A stretch of 63,902 bases of DNA, filler included, from Intoshia linei (taxonomy: Eukaryota; Animalia; Orthonectida): NCBI GenBank assembly GCA_001642005.1. It is 9 parts of 9 records of this genome, joined end to end, with 100 filler letters (N's around TTAATTAATTAA, not from the genome) between each part and the next. Parts side by side here need not be neighbours in the genome. Positions count along the whole stretch, not along the records: positions 1 to 7,978 come from LWCA01001495.1; positions 8,079 to 15,463 come from LWCA01001561.1; 7 more parts are not named here. One strand, 5' to 3'. The position numbers and the translations under genes were made by a program. The notes beneath the pieces were generated by a model. It had not been told where the DNA came from. It saw only the letters and a list, made by a program, of their open reading frames with translations, and did no database searches. Of the stretch, positions 1 to 13,489 are shown in pieces (within the stretch, counting starts at the first letter, position 1; each line of letters opens with the position of its first letter).

Positions 1-450
1 ATAAAAATGTGTACCCTTTTTGAATTTTAAGGTTTTCGCGCGCTTTTTCCCCTTATAAAACATTTATAAACGAATAAATAAATGAATGTAAATAGAATTG
101 TTACGCTAATTACCGTTGAAATATTTAAAAATAAACCTCACATTTTATATATACTTTTGAAGATATAAATTGATTTAGGGCACACATTTTTAAAAAATTG
201 ACCATTTTTAATAGGCACATACGTTATTACACACTTTGAAGTATATGGTGTGACCATGGATTTTTTTTCGAACAGCCCTAATGATCACATTGAGACAAAA
301 TTGAACCTAAAATATATTTATTTATATATACAGGTGTGTATACATAAATGTAAGTAGGCTAACTCGTCGTTAACAAAAAAAAATCCTGATTAACGGACTG
401 AATTTTTCTCAAGTACAAAAATTCCATTAAATTTTAACATAAAATGACTA

Positions 451-779
451 CTGTCTTTTCTCGATTATAAAAAGTTTTTTATATTCGAGAGTAGAAGGAA
501 AAATGCTTATAATCAAAAACAAGCAGACTTTAAGAAGACCTTGAAAAATACAAAAAATACACTAAAAGTTTTTTCTAATTAGTATAAACTTATAAATTAG
601 AAATTCTATTGTATGAAGGAAGTTATTTTTTAAAAATAAATTGATATGTTGTCCATTTCTTGTTTAAAGTTTTTTCTTTCGAATACAAACAGAAACTGCT
701 TATATTTAAATTTTATTTAGTTAAAAATTTTATTGAAAATTTGTATTTCAGGGGTCTGCTTATAATCGAGAAAAGACAG
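451..779. mobile_element. Tc1/mariner-pogo type MITE
   Basis: Perfect TIRs CTGTCTTTTCTCGATTATAA / TTATAATCGAGAAAAGACAG flanked by TA on both sides. A partial copy lies at about 49225-49266. Confidence 0.75.
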
Positions 780-1028
780 TAGCATCATAATTATACTAAA
801 ACTTTTTCGGTTTTAAACAAAAAATTCTTAAAAAACTAAAAAGGATTTATGGACTTCAAATGTGTCATTTTGTATTTACAAATATATAATTTTTTAATGA
901 GAATCGCAAAAAAGTCCGTAGACTTGACAATATTATTATTAGTTATAATGTAATCAATGATCATATAATGAAATGTATACAATGTATTCCAAAATTTAAT
1001 CTATAATTAAAATTAATTAAAATTTTAG

Positions 1029-1340
1029 GCTCTTTTAACACTCTATTGAGCATAATTGTTATACAACTGAAAGGGGTGGACATGTCTGAAGATTGTTACG
1101 GATTTGTGTGTTTTTTGCGTGGAATAGGATACATGGTTGGCCTAAATATATCAAGTAATAATTTATAAAAATTAATTAAAACGTAATTTAGATCAAATTG
1201 TAAACAATACAAAAAATGGCATATTTACGGCATTTGCAATGAATGGGGGCTTGGTGGCATTTTCTGGTTTGTTGAGCCTTTTAATTTATATTTTTGTTCA
1301 CCGGGAAAAGGGAAAAGGGAAAAAAGGGGAAATTTATTAA
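1029..1340 (+). CDS. MFS monocarboxylate-transporter-like (SLC16 family) paralog A, last two exons (5' partial)
   Basis: Exons 1029-1154 and 1192-1340 (37-nt GT-AG intron) encode GSFNTLLSIIVIQLKGVDMSEDCYGFVCFLRGIGYMVGLNIS|NQIVNNTKNGIFTAFAMNGGLVAFSGLLSLLIYIF. This aligns with the last two exons of the downstream paralog. Confidence 0.75.
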
Positions 1341-1710
1341 TTGTTAATTCAATATATGTAAATTGTAAGTAAACGACAAATACAGGTTGTATGTATTATT
1401 GAAATTAAAAATTATTCTACTTAACAAATTTATGAAACATTTATTTACCAATATATTATACGGTAAAGAGAAATGAAATATAATTTATTATTAAAAAAAT
1501 TAATTGTATATTCTTTAATATAAGCTTTGCATCAATAGTTATAAATCTGCTTAACATCTGTAATTTAATTTTGTGAAATATTTAACATAGAAAGTGCATT
1601 ATTAATTTTTCCATTTTCTCTTTAACCTCAATTATTTAGATCAGCAATGGTTGACATAAGTAGAAAAGAAAAATATATCATATTTCGAAATTTGATTACC
1701 AATTTTAAGC

Positions 1711-4700
1711 ATGAAATTTACGGTCCCTAAAGATGTAACAAAATTGAATATAATCATTATTTTTGTTACCTTTTTCAATTATACGATAACGGATGGGTTT
1801 ATAACAAACATTGCCATAGTGGATCGATATATTGGTCGGTATTTGATTGCGAGTCAGATGGAGCGAACGGCAATAGCGTACATGGTGAATGCCGTATATA
1901 TGCTAACAAGTAAATTTTACAAGTGGAAGTTTAGTATAACTCAAGGGTCGTCAACCTACAAATTATTTTCGCGGGCTATTGAAAACCAGTCTACAATACT
2001 TTAGCAGCACTGATCAAATTCGATTTCAAGTGGATAAAACTTTCATGTTCTTAAAAAATCATTTTTTACCTTAATGCTGGCACGCGAGAATTTTAAGGTT
2101 GCCGACTCTGGTATAAGAAATCTTTAGTGGCTACATGCGCTGCACTAATGAGAAGAGTAGATATTGATATTCAGGTTTTTATTGGGGCATTACTATGTAT
2201 CATAGGTATGTTTGCGACTGGTTTCTCTGAAAATGTAACAAAGTGTTAATTAAACTTTATATTATTCAAAGATTTACGTCATCATTTGTTCACTCGGAAT
2301 AATTTGCCCCCTTGGATTTGGATTAATCAATTTTTGTAGTACCATCATTATTGTCAAAAATTTCAAGGAATCGCGTTCAGTCGTTATAGGATATGTCACG
2401 TGCGGAGCAGGTATATAATAACTGATCGATAGCTGTATAAAATAAATCTAAGTTAGACATTTTAAATTATATTACAATTTATTTTATTTTTTTTAATTTT
2501 AGATACCTGTTTTATAAATATAAGTACCCAATAGTGTCATAATTAATCACAAATATAAGTGGATATGGTCTGTTTTAAGCAAATAAAAATATTTTAAATG
2601 AAAATTGTACAAGTCACAAGCATAAGTTTGATTTTTTTTAAATTTTCTTAACTTAGAAAACATTTGAGCATTTTTATCTAAATTATCTTATGAAATTATC
2701 TAAACTTAATTATCCATTATCTAAAATTTCATAATACATCTAATACAGTGATTCCCGATTTGGGGTTTTTTATCAACTTTTGTTTATTTTTATAGGAAAT
2801 TTTTAATTTTTATTACAGATTTGCCAGACGTTGGGAATTTATCTCAACGAATAGACGACCGCTCATTATTATTTAAAAATCCAACTTTTATCCCACCAAT
2901 AATGAAATTTAATAAAAAATACCATTTCAAACCCTCAGGGAAAAATCCAAATTTATCAAATATAATAAGAAAAATCTACTTAATTCAACCCAACATAAAT
3001 AATCGACTTTTACCAATATTTTTTACAAAAATACGAATTTATCAAACCTGATGAGAACAATCCACTACTTAATTCAAACTCCAATATGAAAATTCAAATT
3101 TTACCATTCCTTTAACCTAAAAATCGAATTTTACCAAAATTTTTTGAAAAATCCAAATTTACCAAATCTGATAAGAAAAATCGACTATTACCAATATTTT
3201 ATTGAAAAATTCGAATTTCCCAAACTTGTGAGAAAAATCCACTTAATTTAACCCCAATATAAAAAATCAAATATTACCATTCCTTAACGGAAAAATCGAA
3301 TTTTATTTAAATTTTATTTAAATTTTATGTTAATTAAATAATTACAAAAAAAGGTAAAAAGTAAATTGATTTACCTAAAAATCCCCTTGAAAATATGATA
3401 CAAAAATTATTTTATGTGTATTAAAAAGATATAACTGTATGAAATATAATTTTTTTTAAAATTCTGGGACTACATGTACATTAGGGTATGCACTTTTGAC
3501 ATTTTTTTTTTAATTTCAAAAAGTATATTTGAGTACAGATACATAATGTTACATACATAATACATAATGTAATAACAGGAATTGTAAAATTATTAGAATT
3601 CTAGGTTTCTTACAATATTTAAATAAACTAACACACAGACAAACTGTCATAGAGATTTATATACAAAGTAAGTGAGTATATCACATTTTTTTATTTAACT
3701 ATAGTCAAAAAGATAAAATAAATATACAATACAAATTAACATCAATGTAATTAACTATGTAAATAAATAAATTTTTTAAATTTTAAATAATTAATTACTT
3801 TTCATATGAGATTAAAATTAGGATATTTAAAATTTAGTTCATTATCAATATATAAATCATTATAATATTTATGATTTTGGACTTCCGTTTTAAGAATTTG
3901 AAAAATAATTATAGAATAATTTTTTATGAAATAATTTGCAATTAAAAAAATAAATAGCCTTTTTTGACCATCAAGACTTAATTTCGGAGATTGAATTTTT
4001 ATATGTTATCTGGAAGAAGCTACAATTGTATTAACTGTTTTTTCAATTTTTATAAATAATGGCTATTTTGAGGTTCACTGTGAAGAGGTGAAAGGACCAT
4101 CAATCAGGGTTGATCCTATCATACTCGAGGCCCAAAATTCAAAAATTTTCGTAAATCTTTTATATTTTATATTTTTATAGTATTAATCTTCACGGATCCC
4201 GAGTCATCTCTTAATGAGTCTTGATTATACAGTTTAATTTTAACACACAAAATGGTTATGATAGTCAAAAATACAATTTTTAAATGCTTTGATGAGATAT
4301 TTTGGAAAAATTTCACCTACGTCTCCGAAGAGTATCGGTACTTATTGATATTTAAGATTTTTTTATGATTTATGATTCTTAGTTTTCATTTTCAATTGAA
4401 TTTAATATTTTGTAAATTCTATAATGTAGATTCATAAAATGTTAAAATGTGTTTTGAACGGTAAGATGCTAATTTCTGATGTTGAAAAAGTTGAAAATTG
4501 AAAAATTTTAGACGACCACTGCATACATAAATAATAATTTAAATATTGTCTTTGTAATTGTAAAATTCAGGTATTGGCGGCTGTATCCTATCACCTTATA
4601 TGAACTACACATTGGCCAGTTTAAAATGGTACAACAGTTTTATGGTGTTCATTTTGCCATATACTGTTACTTTGCTGACAGCAGGATTTTTACAAACGGA

Positions 4701-7497
4701 AAATAAAAAGGATTTATTCTTTTTAAATCGTGTAAAAAGCATTTTTCATTCAAAAATAAAACGAAAGATTAAAAAAGAAAGTAAAACTGATTCACACATT
4801 GAAATTGAATCTCTCAATACAAATAAATTCAGTTCAGATGAAGGCCCTCACTTGCAATGGAAAAATAAACATTTTAGTGAATCGTGGTTAAAATCTATCA
4901 CAAAACCATTTAAATATACTGCTAATTTGGTGATATTCTTGCATCATTTAATTTATTCATTATTTTAGTTTTCTCTAACATTGATAAAAAACTCTAAAAT
5001 GTTTGTTTTTGGTGTTTTCAATTTAGGTGGTACTTTTGGTATGATTATGTTGTTATTTAACATCAACAAACAAATCGATTCATTAGGATTAAAGGGATCA
5101 GTCACTTGGACATTTTTTTTAATTTTTGGTAATATATAATATACAATTTATCAATTTATTACATGTTTAATTGATGTAATTTCTTTTCATGTTACTTTTA
5201 TTAAATTAGGTTTGGGAAATACATGTGGTCGCATTATCTGTGGTATAATAGCAAAAAAATATCCTACTATGCCAGTTGCTTTCAACAGTATTTGCTTACT
5301 AAATGTTGGTATTATGACTATGGGTATAAATTTATTTCGTACCAAAGAATCCATTCTGTTTTTATCTGCATTATTTGGTCTATGTTATGGTAATTTGCAT
5401 GTTAACATTTTATTATTTTAATTAATTACAGAATTTTACCTAGATGATGATGTCGACATTCGATGTAAAATAGTCTTTTATTTAGTTTATTTTTTAGTTA
5501 ATTTTTTAACCGCGAATTTTATATTATTTTTAAACAGGTAATATTTTCTAGTTTCTGTCGTTATCATGATAAATATTTTTAAATTAATATTATTTTACTC
5601 GATTCAGCCATTATCGAAATTCAATCCATTTTACAAATCTAGAAACCTGACATTAACTAATGTCTTGATATTGTATATTATTTTATTTTTAGGAGCATTT
5701 TGTACATTAATACCAATCATATCAGTGATAATACTGGGCGTTGATAGAGCAGAGGATGGAGCATGTTTTGTATTTTTCAACAGAGCAATTGGTTACATTA
5801 CAGGTCTTTACATTGCAGGTATTTTTAAGATATATAAATTTTATTCTGAACCAGGAATATTTAAAAACTATTTTTTTTAAATTTTTATAATTTTTTAAAT
5901 GTTCATTTTTGAAGAATGAGGCCCCATTTTACAAAATAATTATGTTCGTCCCCCGAAGGGGAGTCTTGTGGTACAATATACATGGCTCTGAACATAGAAA
6001 TCTTAATAAATTAAATTGAATTTGATTCTTGGATTTAAAATGAGTTTAGGTAAATAAGTCTCAATTTTAAATAAATTAATATAAAAATTATATACATAAT
6101 TATATTAAGAACATATTTTTTATTGCATAATCTGAATATACCGTTCAAGGGCTTGGTTAAAACAAATCTTAAAAAACCCCTTTTTAAGGTTTTTTAAATA
6201 ATTATCTGAAAATTACCGTTCAAGGCTTGGTTAAAAAATCTTAAAAAAACCTCCCTTAAGGTTTGGTAAAAAAATAATCTGAAAATTCCCTTCAACGGTC
6301 TGGTTAAAAAAATCTTAAAAACACCCTCTCTTTTTAACCTTATTTTAAAAATTATCTGAAATATCCCCTTCAACGGTCTGGTTAAAAAAAATCTTAAAAA
6401 CACGCTCTGTTAAGATTTTGTAAAAAATAATTTTAATATACCGTTCTAGGGCTTGGTTAATAAAAATCCTCAAAAATGTTTTTTAAATTCCCAGTTAATT
6501 TTTGTTAAAAAAATAAACAAAAATTATTCACAAATTTAAAAATATATTCTTTTTCTTGAATATAAATGTAATTTTTTATTTCATTTTTATAAAATTAACG
6601 TTTAATTAACTTTTAACTAAAGATGGAAATCTATAAAAAATGGTAAAAAAACTGACTAGAGTTTAAAATCTTTGTTGGTTTTGATTTTTCGCAATTAATG
6701 TATGGTAACAAAGATAAATTGACAGAGACTACGAAACTCGAAGCCACCCTAAAATAAACATTTCGCAAACAATTGTAGTGTCATATAGCTCCTGGTTACC
6801 TCAATAATTCTTGATTTAAATTTTAAATACACACAAAATATTTTTATAATTATTATTACATTCTAGAATATATTTTTTAATGATTAATTTGGAGAAATGA
6901 GGCATTTAAAGACAGTCATGGGTATAATAAGTTTGGCATTGTTAACAAAATAAAAATGTAAAATAATTAAAATTAGGTGTCTACTTAAATCCAACCATTT
7001 TTACTGAAACTCGACCATTTTTATTAAAAATCAAAATTTACCAAACCTTAAAGGAAAAATCGAGTGTTACCAACTCTAAAATCAAAAAATCCTTTTTACC
7101 AAACCTTTATGAAAAATTCTAGTTTTGCCAAGCATTAAGGGAAAAATGCAGTATAAGTTTTTAACCTTTTAGGGATTGGTAAAACTCGATTTTTAATTTT
7201 AGGGTTGGTATAACTGATTTTTTAATTTAAGGTTGATAAAAGTGGATTTTTCCATTAAGGGTGGTAAAATTGTGATTTTCCCTAAAGAGGTTGGTAAAAG
7301 TGGATTTTTAGTAAAAATGGTTGAGTTCAAGAATATTCTCATTAAAATTCAACCGAAAAAAAAAAAATTTTTATACTTAATTTTTAGGAGAAATTATAAG
7401 TTACCATGAAAATGGATTATTTTATTCATTTATACTTGGAGGATTGGTTAATGTTACTTGTTCATTACTAAATTTAATAATTTATTATATTAAATAA
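1711..7497 (+). CDS. MFS monocarboxylate-transporter-like protein (SLC16/MCT family), 8 exons
   Basis: Exons 1711-1909, 2128-2234, 2272-2410, 4571-4929, 4969-5128, 5210-5389, 5693-5818, 7388-7497, all GT-AG and in frame. Motifs GFGLINFCSTIIIVKNFKESRSVVIGYVTCGAGIGG and GLGNTCGRIICG match SLC16 transmembrane segments. Confidence 0.8.
1942..2110. mobile_element. hAT-type MITE in transporter intron 1
   Basis: Imperfect TIRs CAAGGGTCGTCAACCT / AGGTTGCCGACTCTG. The 8-bp flanks are gtataact / gtataaga. Confidence 0.5.
2870..3305 (+). repeat. Tandem array of ~30-bp units (one arm of the foldback family)
   Basis: About 14 degenerate copies of GAAAAATCCAATTTTACCAAxCCTTAA. The same unit forms the inverted arms at 6975-7340 and 61842-62180. 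Confidence 0.75.
6131..6480 (+). repeat. Tandem repeat, ~75-bp unit, about 5 copies
   Basis: TCTGAAAATTxCCxTTCAAxGGxxTGGTTAAAAAAATCTTAAAAA starts at 6131, 6205, 6277, 6355 and about 6432. Related fragments occur at about 9730-9860 and 45270-45450. Confidence 0.75.
6975..7340. mobile_element. Foldback-type element with modular inverted arms
   Basis: Inverted arrays of 21-bp and 30-bp subrepeats. The right end AAGAATATTCTC matches the 61842-62180 copy. Flanked by ATTAAAATT on both sides (possible 9-bp TSD). Confidence 0.65.
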
Positions 7498-7978
7498 AAC
7501 TTATTTCATGGTCCACAAGTTTTAATTTATTTTAATTTTCTTTACATTTTTCGAAAATTTGACTTATATAATCTTGTCAATAAAATTAAATAGAGAAATG
7601 TAATACAAAAAAAAATAAATTGGAAAAATATATCTGTTTTAATTAATTTGAAACTAATTAAAAACTGAATTATAAGGACATTAAAAAACATAGCAAATAC
7701 AGTCAAACCTGGTCAATATGAACAGCTGTGTACCAGTTTTCGACGCCGTTAAAATTAGAAACTAATATGAACAAGGTTATGTTGTTATGATAATCTATGA
7801 GGAAAATCGCTGTTTAAAATATATGTTAGAAATTTATTATATGATATAAATTTAATATGAGTTAATAATTTATTAATATACAATTAAAATATAATTACAT
7901 TGAATTATCTAAATTCTTTGTTTGTACGTAATGAAATCAGTCATTTTTAATTTTCTTTTACTTTTTTCATAAGTTATA

Positions 7979-8078
7979 NNNNNNNNNNNNNNNNNNNNNN
8001 NNNNNNNNNNNNNNNNNNNNNNTTAATTAATTAANNNNNNNNNNNNNNNNNNNNNNNNNNNNNNNNNNNNNNNNNNNN
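7979..8078. other. Artificial contig linker (N44-TTAATTAATTAA-N44); also at 15464-15563, 24117-24216, 27546-27645, 38333-38432, 54570-54669, 55856-55955, 61526-61625
   Basis: The same 100-nt block, with stops in all six frames, occurs eight times. Confidence 0.97.
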
Positions 8079-8700
8079 TGAATTTATTATATTGTAAATA
8101 ACCAGAATTCGAGAAATTAAATCGTTAATATATAGTATATAATATATAGGATCGATAATACCTTACGCCAAACTTTTTTGTTTCAGCTCAATTAAACATT
8201 TTAAATTTTTAAGATTTACAGCTCTGTCATGAATCTATATATATACTGCATAACATAGTATACTATGGAATTCATATTATGCATTGAATAAAATGTAAAC
8301 AGAATTAATTGGCTGTTAAGTCAGAATTCGAGAAATTAAATCGTTAATAAAATCCAAAAATATTGAGCTAGGAACAAATTTAAAAAAATAAACTGTTTAA
8401 CTAAACATGGAGAACAGTATTATAAAGGCGGTACCACGTTTAAAAGCTCAAACGCCAATTTCCGTTAAAATAAAGCTTAGTTTTAATTTCTTCATAATAT
8501 TTATACAGTCATATTTAAAATGACAAACGCAACTCGAATAGATAGCGTTAAATATTTTTTAATTGCGAAATAGTTTTTCTATTTTAAAAATACACACTTT
8601 TAGTGCTAATTGCCCTTGATTCTTTGATGGGTGTGACACCTTATTCCACACCCTAATATACACCATATATTCCATTTTAATATTAAATGTTAAAAAATAC

Positions 8701-11555
8701 ATGTTGAGAAATTTCTTGAATCGCTTTTGTATAATTACAACGTTCTATTTCAATTTTACCAATGAGTAAATGCATTGTACATCTCATATGTATAGGAAAA
8801 TTATCAATATTTTGAATATATATCCATATAATTTGGGCTAAATGCATGTTATATATTTGTGTTTAATGTTAACATATACCATGTTATTATAAAAAAATAT
8901 ATTTTTTTTTAAAATTTACCTAAATATTGATTTGCTTCTTTTAATTTTTTCAAATCTATGCAAAATTTTATGTATATTATAAATATACATTGGGTCTTTC
9001 ACCGGGGCCGAACCTATAAACTCGTGGCACCGTAAAATTTTCTCAAGCTATGATTAATGTCATATACATTTAGTCTCTAGCCACCTCTCCAATTATCTTA
9101 ATTTGACAAATTTCATCATACAAAATATTTAGAATTCAAAATATAATTTTTTTAAGTAGCGTTATAAATTCTGGTATAAAACTATATACAAAATGTTCAA
9201 TTGTATCTTTAATTAAATTGCGATATAAAATTAAAATGGCAACGAAATTTTTTTGCTACGATTGCTTTACAATACAACCCTATTCGGACAGCTCTATCTG
9301 GGTAAATGAATATACAGAATTTTTCACTTATATATGCACTTTGGTTCATCTATATATGCAGTTTTTTTCATCGATTACAGGGGTTCTCAACCTTTTTTTG
9401 AATTGCCCCCTTAAGCCCATAGTTCACACTTATTTTTTTAAATCGTTTCCTCCATAATTCATAAACAAGTTGTTACAGTTACTCAATTTTTAAAAGAATA
9501 TTAATATTAATACAATTTACAAAATAAAAACTGTTATATACTTATAAATATCGATTAATTAATAAATTAACTATCTGAAAATTGTATTAATTTTAATTTA
9601 GATTTTGACAAATTTATAATTCATTAACGCTTTTTAAAAATTATTTGTTAATATTTTGATTAATTAATTTTAATTGTATCAAAATAATTTTTTAGCTTAT
9701 GTATTTTGTGAAATAAAATAAAAAAATCGGCCCAAGGGGGCAATTCCCCTTCAATGGTTGGTTAAAGAAAACTTCAAAAACCCATACCTTTAATCTTTGG
9801 TACAAAATATAATCTGAAAATTCCTCTTAAAGGGTTTTGTTAAAAAAATCATCTGAAACTTCAAAAAGTGTATATATGATGAACAAATGTGTATATAATA
9901 AAACAGTGGTTTTCGGGGTCGCGAACACAAAAAAGTTGAAAACCACTGTTCTAAAGTGTATAAGTGAACAACTATGTATTAAGTGAAATAGATAATAGTC
10001 TAAAAATATGGTTTATCTATTAAAATTACCAATATTTGCTCCGGCTAGAATTATATAAGGGTACACCAATTGAATATTTAATTTTCCATAAAGTTGAATA
10101 CTCATCCGCAAGGAAGTTAATGCGGCAGATATAGCAAATTTTGTATTTTCCTCTTGTAACCATTTATTACCCATATTAAGCCCTTTCTCAATAATCTGTT
10201 TCTATAATAATCCCTTTATTATTTCAAAAATAAATTTTAACCTTGATTTCATTCATGTGAATTTCATGTTCATCTCGTTCAGTTTTCGTAATTATAAACT
10301 TTTTGCACGACCTCAACAATTTGATTAAATCACATATTTCTTTATGAATGCTCTTATAATCAATGTTTCTGTGTTCTTTGTCACTAAAATGGCTTGAAAT
10401 AAAATTATGAAAATTTTCGACAAAATTACGTATCTCTATACTCAAAATTATATATAAACTAGGTTAACTGTTATGTACTTCGTACAAATAGTAGCTAGAT
10501 ATGCCGAATTTTTATTTTTATTTTTTTTAAAAAGAATAATCTGTGGTTTTGATGATGAAAATAAACTTTTTTGGTTTGCGAATTATGATAATGTTTATGA
10601 TTTTAGAATCTATACCACAATTTATATTATATAAAATTATAAGACTTTCTTCATTTTTACAAAAATGGGTAATTTTGAGTTTTCGCTGTAAAGATGATAA
10701 TGTTGATGATTTTAACATATTGGTCACATTTTGTCTATATAATTCTAGGAGTGTTTTGAATTTTAAAATAATTAAAGATAATTTGAGTTTTTGACCTTGT
10801 GAAGGACTAAATTTCTAAAAATTAAATTTGATATACAACATCAATCCCGAAATATTGTAATGGAAATATGGAATTTTTTAAAAAATCCACTTCTCTTTCT
10901 TTCGTAAATAAACTGGAACAGACAGAAAAATGAATGGATAAATAAACAGACATAGAAAATAAATTAAATAAATTACTTTATATATGTAAGGACTATGACT
11001 CAATTTAATAGTTATTTATTATGTAGTTTATAATAATTCAAATCTTTATACTTTGCAGCTTTAAACTCTACAATCTCACCTCTTGGTGGTGCAACCAAGT
11101 ACTTTTAACTGGACTAAATGGAGGAATCGTGTGTTCAATTATAAAATATACATTAATTAAAGTGTATCTATAATAATTGTAATTAATGTGGCTGTGATCT
11201 AACAAAAACCACTAGGAATGTATAACATGGAAAGGGATGCGGATTATTCTGTTAACTTATAAGAAATAATTATAGTAATTATTAAAAATTTGAGTTTAAA
11301 ATTTTCAAAATCTATGCATTTTTAAATTAAATCCAAGTTTAAAAACTTAAAATATTCCTTAGTGAACGGTATACATTGTATACAATCATCATTGATTACC
11401 AAACAAATCCGTTTTTCATTAAAAAGTTAAAATTACCAATAATAAGCAAATCTACATTTACTACATTGTAAATATGCTGGTCTTTGACATAGTTCACAGT
11501 TATAAGATATATTTTTAGGGTTGGCTAACGGTTTTAAAATATTTGGATTTGACAT
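8701..11555 (-). CDS. ZMYND12: Zinc finger MYND domain-containing protein 12 (3' partial)
   Basis: Exons 11555-11437, 10383-10242, 10201-10030, 8955-8920, 8837-8701. They encode MSNPNILKPLANPKNISYNCELCQRPAYLQCSKCRFAYYC|DKEHRNIDYKSIHKEIC (MYND finger), then AISAALTSLRMSIQLYGKLNIQLVYPYIILAGANI, matching the ZMYND12 helical/TPR region. Confidence 0.88.
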
Positions 11556-11984
11556 GTTTAATGAGTTTCTGTGTATATTATTCCAATCTAGTTCTTGGTT
11601 ACAATTTATAAACAGTAATTAATTCATATGTATTGTGAAATGAATATAAAAAAATAATATAATATGAAATGTAAATGAAACGATTTGGTTAATATATAAT
11701 ATAATTATATCAAATATCATAACTAAATAAGTGCACATAGATAAATATACCGTAGTAGAAAGTATAAGTAGTAGATAGAAAAAGAGTATTAATAAAGTGT
11801 ATTGGAGGAATAAATGCTCAAGCATACCAGAGAATCCATAGAAAAGCAAACGAATAACATTTTTAGATAGATTGAAGAAACATCAAGATTGTGAACCGTG
11901 TCAAGCAGCAAAGACAACCCGTCCATTTATAAGGGGTCATCGTATAAAAAAATTAAAAGATTAACCGGTACAAAGTCCAGATTT

Positions 11985-12290
11985 AAAGATTATTGAAGAT
12001 ATGTTAAAAATTTGAAAAATACGGTTTGTAAACTAAATTCAGTCAATTTAGAAGAAATATCGAGATATATACACGACGAATGGGACCGCGTACCTCTAAA
12101 AACTATTTAAGGGTTGTATGCCTCATTGCCCAGAAGAATTGTATCAGTAATTAAAAATAAATAATGGAATACTAAATATTAGTAATTTTATATATATTTA
12201 TCTAATATTTTCATTTAATTAACATAATTAATTGTATTATTTTATAGGTGACTATGACAGGTGATAGAATGACTATGACTATGTGTAGCT
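11985..12290 (+). mobile_element. Tc1-like transposon 3' remnant
   Basis: NLEEISRYIHDEWDRVPLKTI*GLYASLPRRIVSVIKNK*WNTKY is the typical Tc1 C-terminus, with in-frame stops. Confidence 0.7.
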
Positions 12291-12398
12291 CGGAATTTTG
12301 CAATTTTAATTAAAAATACCTATATTTCATTAATTATTAATTTTTTTTTATAGTTTTTACTTTTTTAGAGTTGTTAAATATTTTTTCTTGATCATACA

Positions 12399-13420
12399 CA
12401 GGGATGGAAACAGCAGTGCTGTTTTTTTTGTTATAACAGCGAGTGATGTTTATTTTAACCGCAACGAGTACAGCTGTTAACAACTAAAATAAACAGCAAC
12501 TTACGTAAATAATGATAAATATAAATTCACTAATATAATATCGTTCTAAAAAAAATGCTGTATTAAAAAATTATAAAAAAATCGATTGTAACTATATGCA
12601 ATGGTTAATTTGTAATAAAACATTAAAATTTAAAACCTTACATAAACATTTAACATCACTAAAAAACCATTATAGGTTGCATGACCAATTAGGTACACAG
12701 AAATATTCCAAAATAATTTATACAAATTTTAGAAGTTAAATCACAACAACACAGATTGTAAGTCATTTTAAAAAGGCTAGTAATGATAATTTCCCTTATT
12801 AATCCAGAATTGATGAGCAAATCATAGCTGCATGCGCTGAAAAACATATCTTACCATTTTCAATAGTAGAAGACCCTCTTTTCCAATGGGCGTATCCAAC
12901 ATCATGTCAAAGTAGAAAAACTTTGGTATCGCGTTTAAATGATATGGTCAATGAATTTAAAAAAAATATAATGACACAATTAAATTCAAAATTTGTTTCT
13001 ATTCTGTTAGATGGATGGACAAACCCTGTAAATAAACAACATCATATAAGTTATATAATTTATACTGATAAATTTTTTTACTGGAGTAGTTTAGTATTAA
13101 CTCAAAATTCATCAAATATTTTTGCATCACTTGATGATGTAATTAAGATACTCATTGAATGCAAATGTAAAATACTTGGTTGCGTAACAGACAATGACCC
13201 GCGTATGATAAAGTTACATGAAATTATGTCTCATAAGTATCCATATATATTACTCATAAGATGTGAAGCTTATTTATTCAATCTACTGATGGGAGACGTT
13301 TTTAAATCCATACTTATGGTTACTCATACTTTCAAAGAAATACAGTGCTATCGCGCTTATTACAAGCAATCACGCTTTTAGAAATGTATAACAATTTTTA
13401 TAGCAATTAAAAAGTCCAAT
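12399..13420 (+). mobile_element. hAT (Ac-like) transposon remnant with truncated transposase
   Basis: Left end CAGGGATGGAAAC. The translation gives LPFSIVEDPLF, and ORF 12923-13381 has LLDGWT, CVTDND and RCEAYLFNLL (CxxH-like) motifs. Confidence 0.8.
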
Positions 13421-13489
13421 TTTCGCCAAGTTAAAGTTATATTCAATAACATTATACATGTATATATATTGGATATATACAATATATAT

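Noticed and set aside
2870-3305. Regular ~30-bp repeats as a possible CRISPR array
   Set aside because: The units are contiguous and degenerate, with no unique spacers and no cas genes, in a eukaryotic context.
6194-6403. Repetitive ORFs at 6194-6403, 2821-3051 and 61976-62221
   Set aside because: They are translations of tandem or foldback repeats.
8023-8034. Recurrent palindrome TTAATTAATTAA between N runs
   Set aside because: It is an artificial six-frame-stop contig linker. Adjacency across linkers has no biological meaning.
8103-8349. 28-bp direct repeat CAGAATTCGAGAAATTAAATCGTTAATA
   Set aside because: Only two copies at a contig edge, with no element structure. Probably a local duplication or assembly effect.
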